Positions 60,698 to 64,000 of a stretch of 64,000 nucleotides of DNA are shown piece after piece. The notes beneath the pieces are model-generated. The model ran no database searches, was not told where the DNA came from, and saw only the letters and a list, made by a program, of their open reading frames with translations. Position 1 is the stretch's first letter. Every line of letters begins with the position of its first letter. The stretch comes from an uncultured bacterium (GTDB lineage Bacteria; Patescibacteriota; Patescibacteriia; Patescibacteriales; UBA12465): positions 705 to 64,704 of the forward strand of contig CAJAVM010000025.1 of NCBI GenBank assembly GCA_903945435.1. Reading direction: 5' to 3'. The translations under genes were made by a program, and so were the position numbers.

Positions 60698-63600
60698 CTA
60701 ATTGATTTCGGCAACTTCTATTTGCCTAATATTTTCGTTAGAAATGCCCAGCGCCAAATCACGCATCATTTGATAGGCATTATCTGGATGACCAAGGTAA
60801 TAGAGTTTTAAGTCGACTGGATTAACATAATAAGCCTCCCCGTTTCTTTCGACTGCTAAGAAAATGCGACCCGATAAATTATTTGGAGCTTTAGTAGCTA
60901 AAAACTTATCAAGATTATCATTACTGATTCCTAAACCAAATTTACGCATTAAATTAAAAGCATCACCAGCGCGCCCCATAAAATACTTTTGTTTAGACAA
61001 TGGCTCTAAATACCAGGCTTGACCTTTTTCTTCTATTTGAAGAAGGATACGGCCATTAAGACGGTTGGTTAATTTGACATTAATATTTTTAATTAGAGAT
61101 CTTTCTCCGTCCGTCACTTCTTTCATATTTAAGGCGTCTAACAATACAGTTCCTTTTATATCTACGTCTTCCAGAGATTTAATAGCAATCTCCGCTCTAT
61201 TAATATATATATCCGTAAAAGTGACTCTGATATCATTTATACCATCATTATCGAGGTCGATTCTTCTGTTTTCTCCTATTTTTAAAGACAATGTTTGAGG
61301 TTCGGAATGAAAATTTAGCGTAATGATTTTAGAAAATAAATCTAAATTAACTATCTGAAAATGATGTTCATTTAAATGCCAATGATTTGAACTTTCTGGA
61401 GCTTTAAATCCAGCTTGAGAATTTATATAAGCTAGTATATTAACCCCGCTACTACTGATTGGCATTATATCAATAGAGCTATTCATCGGAATCACAGCAT
61501 CAAAGACGCCATCACCAATGGCTGCTGGTAAAGAAACGGCGTTATTAGAATAATTATTCTCTTCATTAATAGCAAAATTTGCTATAAAATTTAAATTTGT
61601 AACAACATTATTGTCTACTCTATTAACAGACGTAGCCCCGTCAGACCACCCAATAAAATGATAATTATCGTCAGGGATTGCTGTTACTTCCGAGCCACTA
61701 CCGCCACTAGCAATTACTTGAGTTGACGAGCCCGTAATAGAACCAAATGAGTTAGCACTATATTCTAATGTATAATAAATAATCGGAGCCATTGGGGTCA
61801 CGCTATTAGATGCGGTTGATGAAGTTGAGGTTCCTACAGCATTTGTCGCAGTTACGGTAAATGTATATGACGTACCATTTGTTAATCCTGTTATTAAATG
61901 GGACAATCCTGTTTCTCCGGCATTAATATCAACCCCACCTGATGGCATTGAGGTAACGGTATAACCAGTAATAGAACTTCCCCCCATCTGATGATGGCGC
62001 GGTAAATGTAACAGTCGCCTGAGTATTACCCGCTGTAGCGGTGCCAATATTGGGGGCGACGGGTTCGCTGGTAATGAAGATTGCACCAATGTAAGAACCA
62101 TTTTCACCAGACACTGCTAAGGATTTATTTATTGGGGTAAAACCAGTTTTAAAATATGATAAAGATGAAGTAGAATTATAACCAGCTGTTAAGGTTTCTC
62201 CAAACACATTTCCATTTCTCTTCATCATTTCAGACACTAAATGATCGGCTGTTCCATTCCCACCAAGAGAAGCATCATAGGTAGTTGCAAGTCTAGTTTT
62301 ATCGAAAAATTGAGGATTACCAGCCTGATCGTGCGCCCCAAACCCAGCATCTCCTTCTATTTTGCCTGTTATCAATATTCCCTGATATTTAGTAAGGGCT
62401 GTTCCTGTATCAGGGTAAAACCAAGTGTTATCAATATGATCAATAGTATCAATAGTAGATCGAGAATCTTTATAAGCGATAGATGTACCGACATATCTTG
62501 CACCAACAAGATTATTTTTGATAATCACAGCGCCGCCAGTATGTTGAGTAGTTTCTCCCGCCCAAACTAAATTAGCGACCGTATCTTTGAGATAACTTGT
62601 ATTATTAATCACATTTACAAAACCCGAATTAGGAGATGGCGCACCACCACCACCTCCACCAGAAACACCTATATTAACCGGTGTACCGTTATTTATAAAA
62701 ATATTATTTAAAATATCAACAGGAACATAATTCAAATTTAGAACATCAGCATCTCCATCTGCCATATCAAAAACATTATTTCTTATAATTGTTTTAGGCA
62801 AATCAGCGGCATAAGCTCCAGTAAACATGATTGCATGAGTATTATAAGGAATGCCAATAAAAAAATTATCATATATTTCAAGACCGCCGCTAGTATCTAA
62901 TAATTGTCCATTTACAGAACCAGCGCTAGCATCGGCATAAAATACATTGTTATATATTTTAAATGATCTCTGGGCTACCGGGACAGACGCTAAATAAAAA
63001 TGATCCAATGAGCTATTTTTAAAAATATTATTTTTTACTTCTCGATTATTTCCAACCGAAGTTACATAAACTTTACCCATGGTTGGCTGAGAAAAAACAT
63101 TTCCGTCGAATAAAAAATTACCCAAAGTACTAAGGACGGATGTTCTGATTGTTAAATTAGCATTATAGCCAGAAAGCGTGGATGTTATATTTCTGAAATC
63201 ACTATTTGTAATTTTTAAATCATTAGCAGAATTAGCATATTGTCCAATATCAATATAGCCCGTTCCATTAAAATAACAGTGGTCAATATTCAAACTTGAA
63301 TAAGCGTTGGAATCCCAAGCATTTTTCATAGAGATAGCCGTATAGCCAGTAATATCAAAATTAACGTATTGCCAATTGACTTGCTGAACTGGTGGAAGAG
63401 TTGGAGCCGCTGCTACTATATTTCCAACACCATGAACCGATGCTCTATTTCCAGCCGTACCATATATATTCCAAACAGCCATAGAATAACCCGAACCACT
63501 CGTACCAAAAACATAATTAGCCGCTGTTACGCTACTACCAGCATTCTGTTCGAAAACTCCTACCCTATCCCAAGTAAAATTGCTAGTAACGGTAAGCGTT

Positions 63601-63886
63601 CTATTTGTATCCAAGATTAAAGTGTCTTTTTTTAAAACTGTTCCGCCAGCACCTAATTTAATACTATTTACTGTGAATTTTGATCAATCGTAATTGTAAC
63701 TGCAGCATCAACCACTATCTGAACATCATCTGACGCTCCAGGTACTACGCCGCCAGTCCAAGTAGAAGTTGCTGACCAATTACCAGATTGAGCGGCAGTA
63801 ATAGTTGCCGCATCAGCTTCTTTAGAAAAGGATAAAAATGAAATAACAAAAATGAAGAAAATAATAAATTGCTTATATTTATTCAT
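60698..63886 (-). pseudogene. Giant secreted beta-helix (pectate-lyase-like)/FN3 protein split by two frameshifts; joins ORFs 63668..63997, 61929..63614 and 60698..62107
   Basis: ATG 63886 with signal peptide and SGNWS..STW.GG.VP; one base missing near 63676; one extra G in the run at 61980-61985 splits the FN3 motif APSSDGG|SSITGYTVT; ends with shared module and ILLQ repeats. Confidence 0.85.
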
Positions 63887-64000
63887 TCCATTATTAATAA
63901 AAAATAAATCATATATTTCTGCGTGTGGCGCAGATTGTATTTCTGCGTACAATGCATTCCATGTTCTGCGTCCCACGCAGATTTTAGCAACCAGCACAAA

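Noticed and set aside
5951..63620. Short ORFs antisense to or nested in long genes (e.g. 14299..14724, 26894..27244, 52650..53060, 62241..62570)
   Set aside because: They overlap well-supported genes and show no motifs
63668..63690. Programmed -1 ribosomal frameshift
   Set aside because: No X XXY YYZ slippery heptamer in the right phase; a single-base deletion is simpler
1..64000. Alternative genetic code 25 (TGA=Gly)
   Set aside because: Long conserved genes translate intact under code 11 and TGA ends genes (e.g. 47111, 20602)

Overview
AT-rich, gene-dense 64 kb chromosomal segment using standard code 11 (TGA serves as stop). Gene content points to a Patescibacteria/CPR (Parcubacteria-like) bacterium; this is an inference. 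1-17 kb: type IV pilus/competence locus (pilM, PilN/PilO-like, pilB, pilC, two tandem major pilins, four minor pilins, comF), interrupted by femX-like/ybeY and by an AAA-ATPase insert, and ending in a GNVGIGT-repeat fibre protein. 17-20.5 kb: thrS behind a T-box riboswitch with an unusually compact 5' domain, then a three-gene Cys-rich metal/redox operon with a CsoR-like box. 20.5-33 kb: envelope and transport genes (DedA, AlgI/AlgJ-type O-acetylation pair, mgtA, PlsC-like, TerC). 33-64 kb: an almost entirely minus-strand accessory region. It holds three very large secreted proteins with different carbohydrate-active heads but one shared ~126-aa C-proximal module (one gene doubly frameshifted), a cfa/DUF1365/flavin-oxidase lipid-modification cluster headed by a toxin-antitoxin pair, oxidative-stress genes, a lone purF, and a 42-bp palindromic promoter element present twice. 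No rRNA, tRNA, CRISPR array, integrase or transposase was recognised. All product calls come from motif recognition by eye; no database searches were run.
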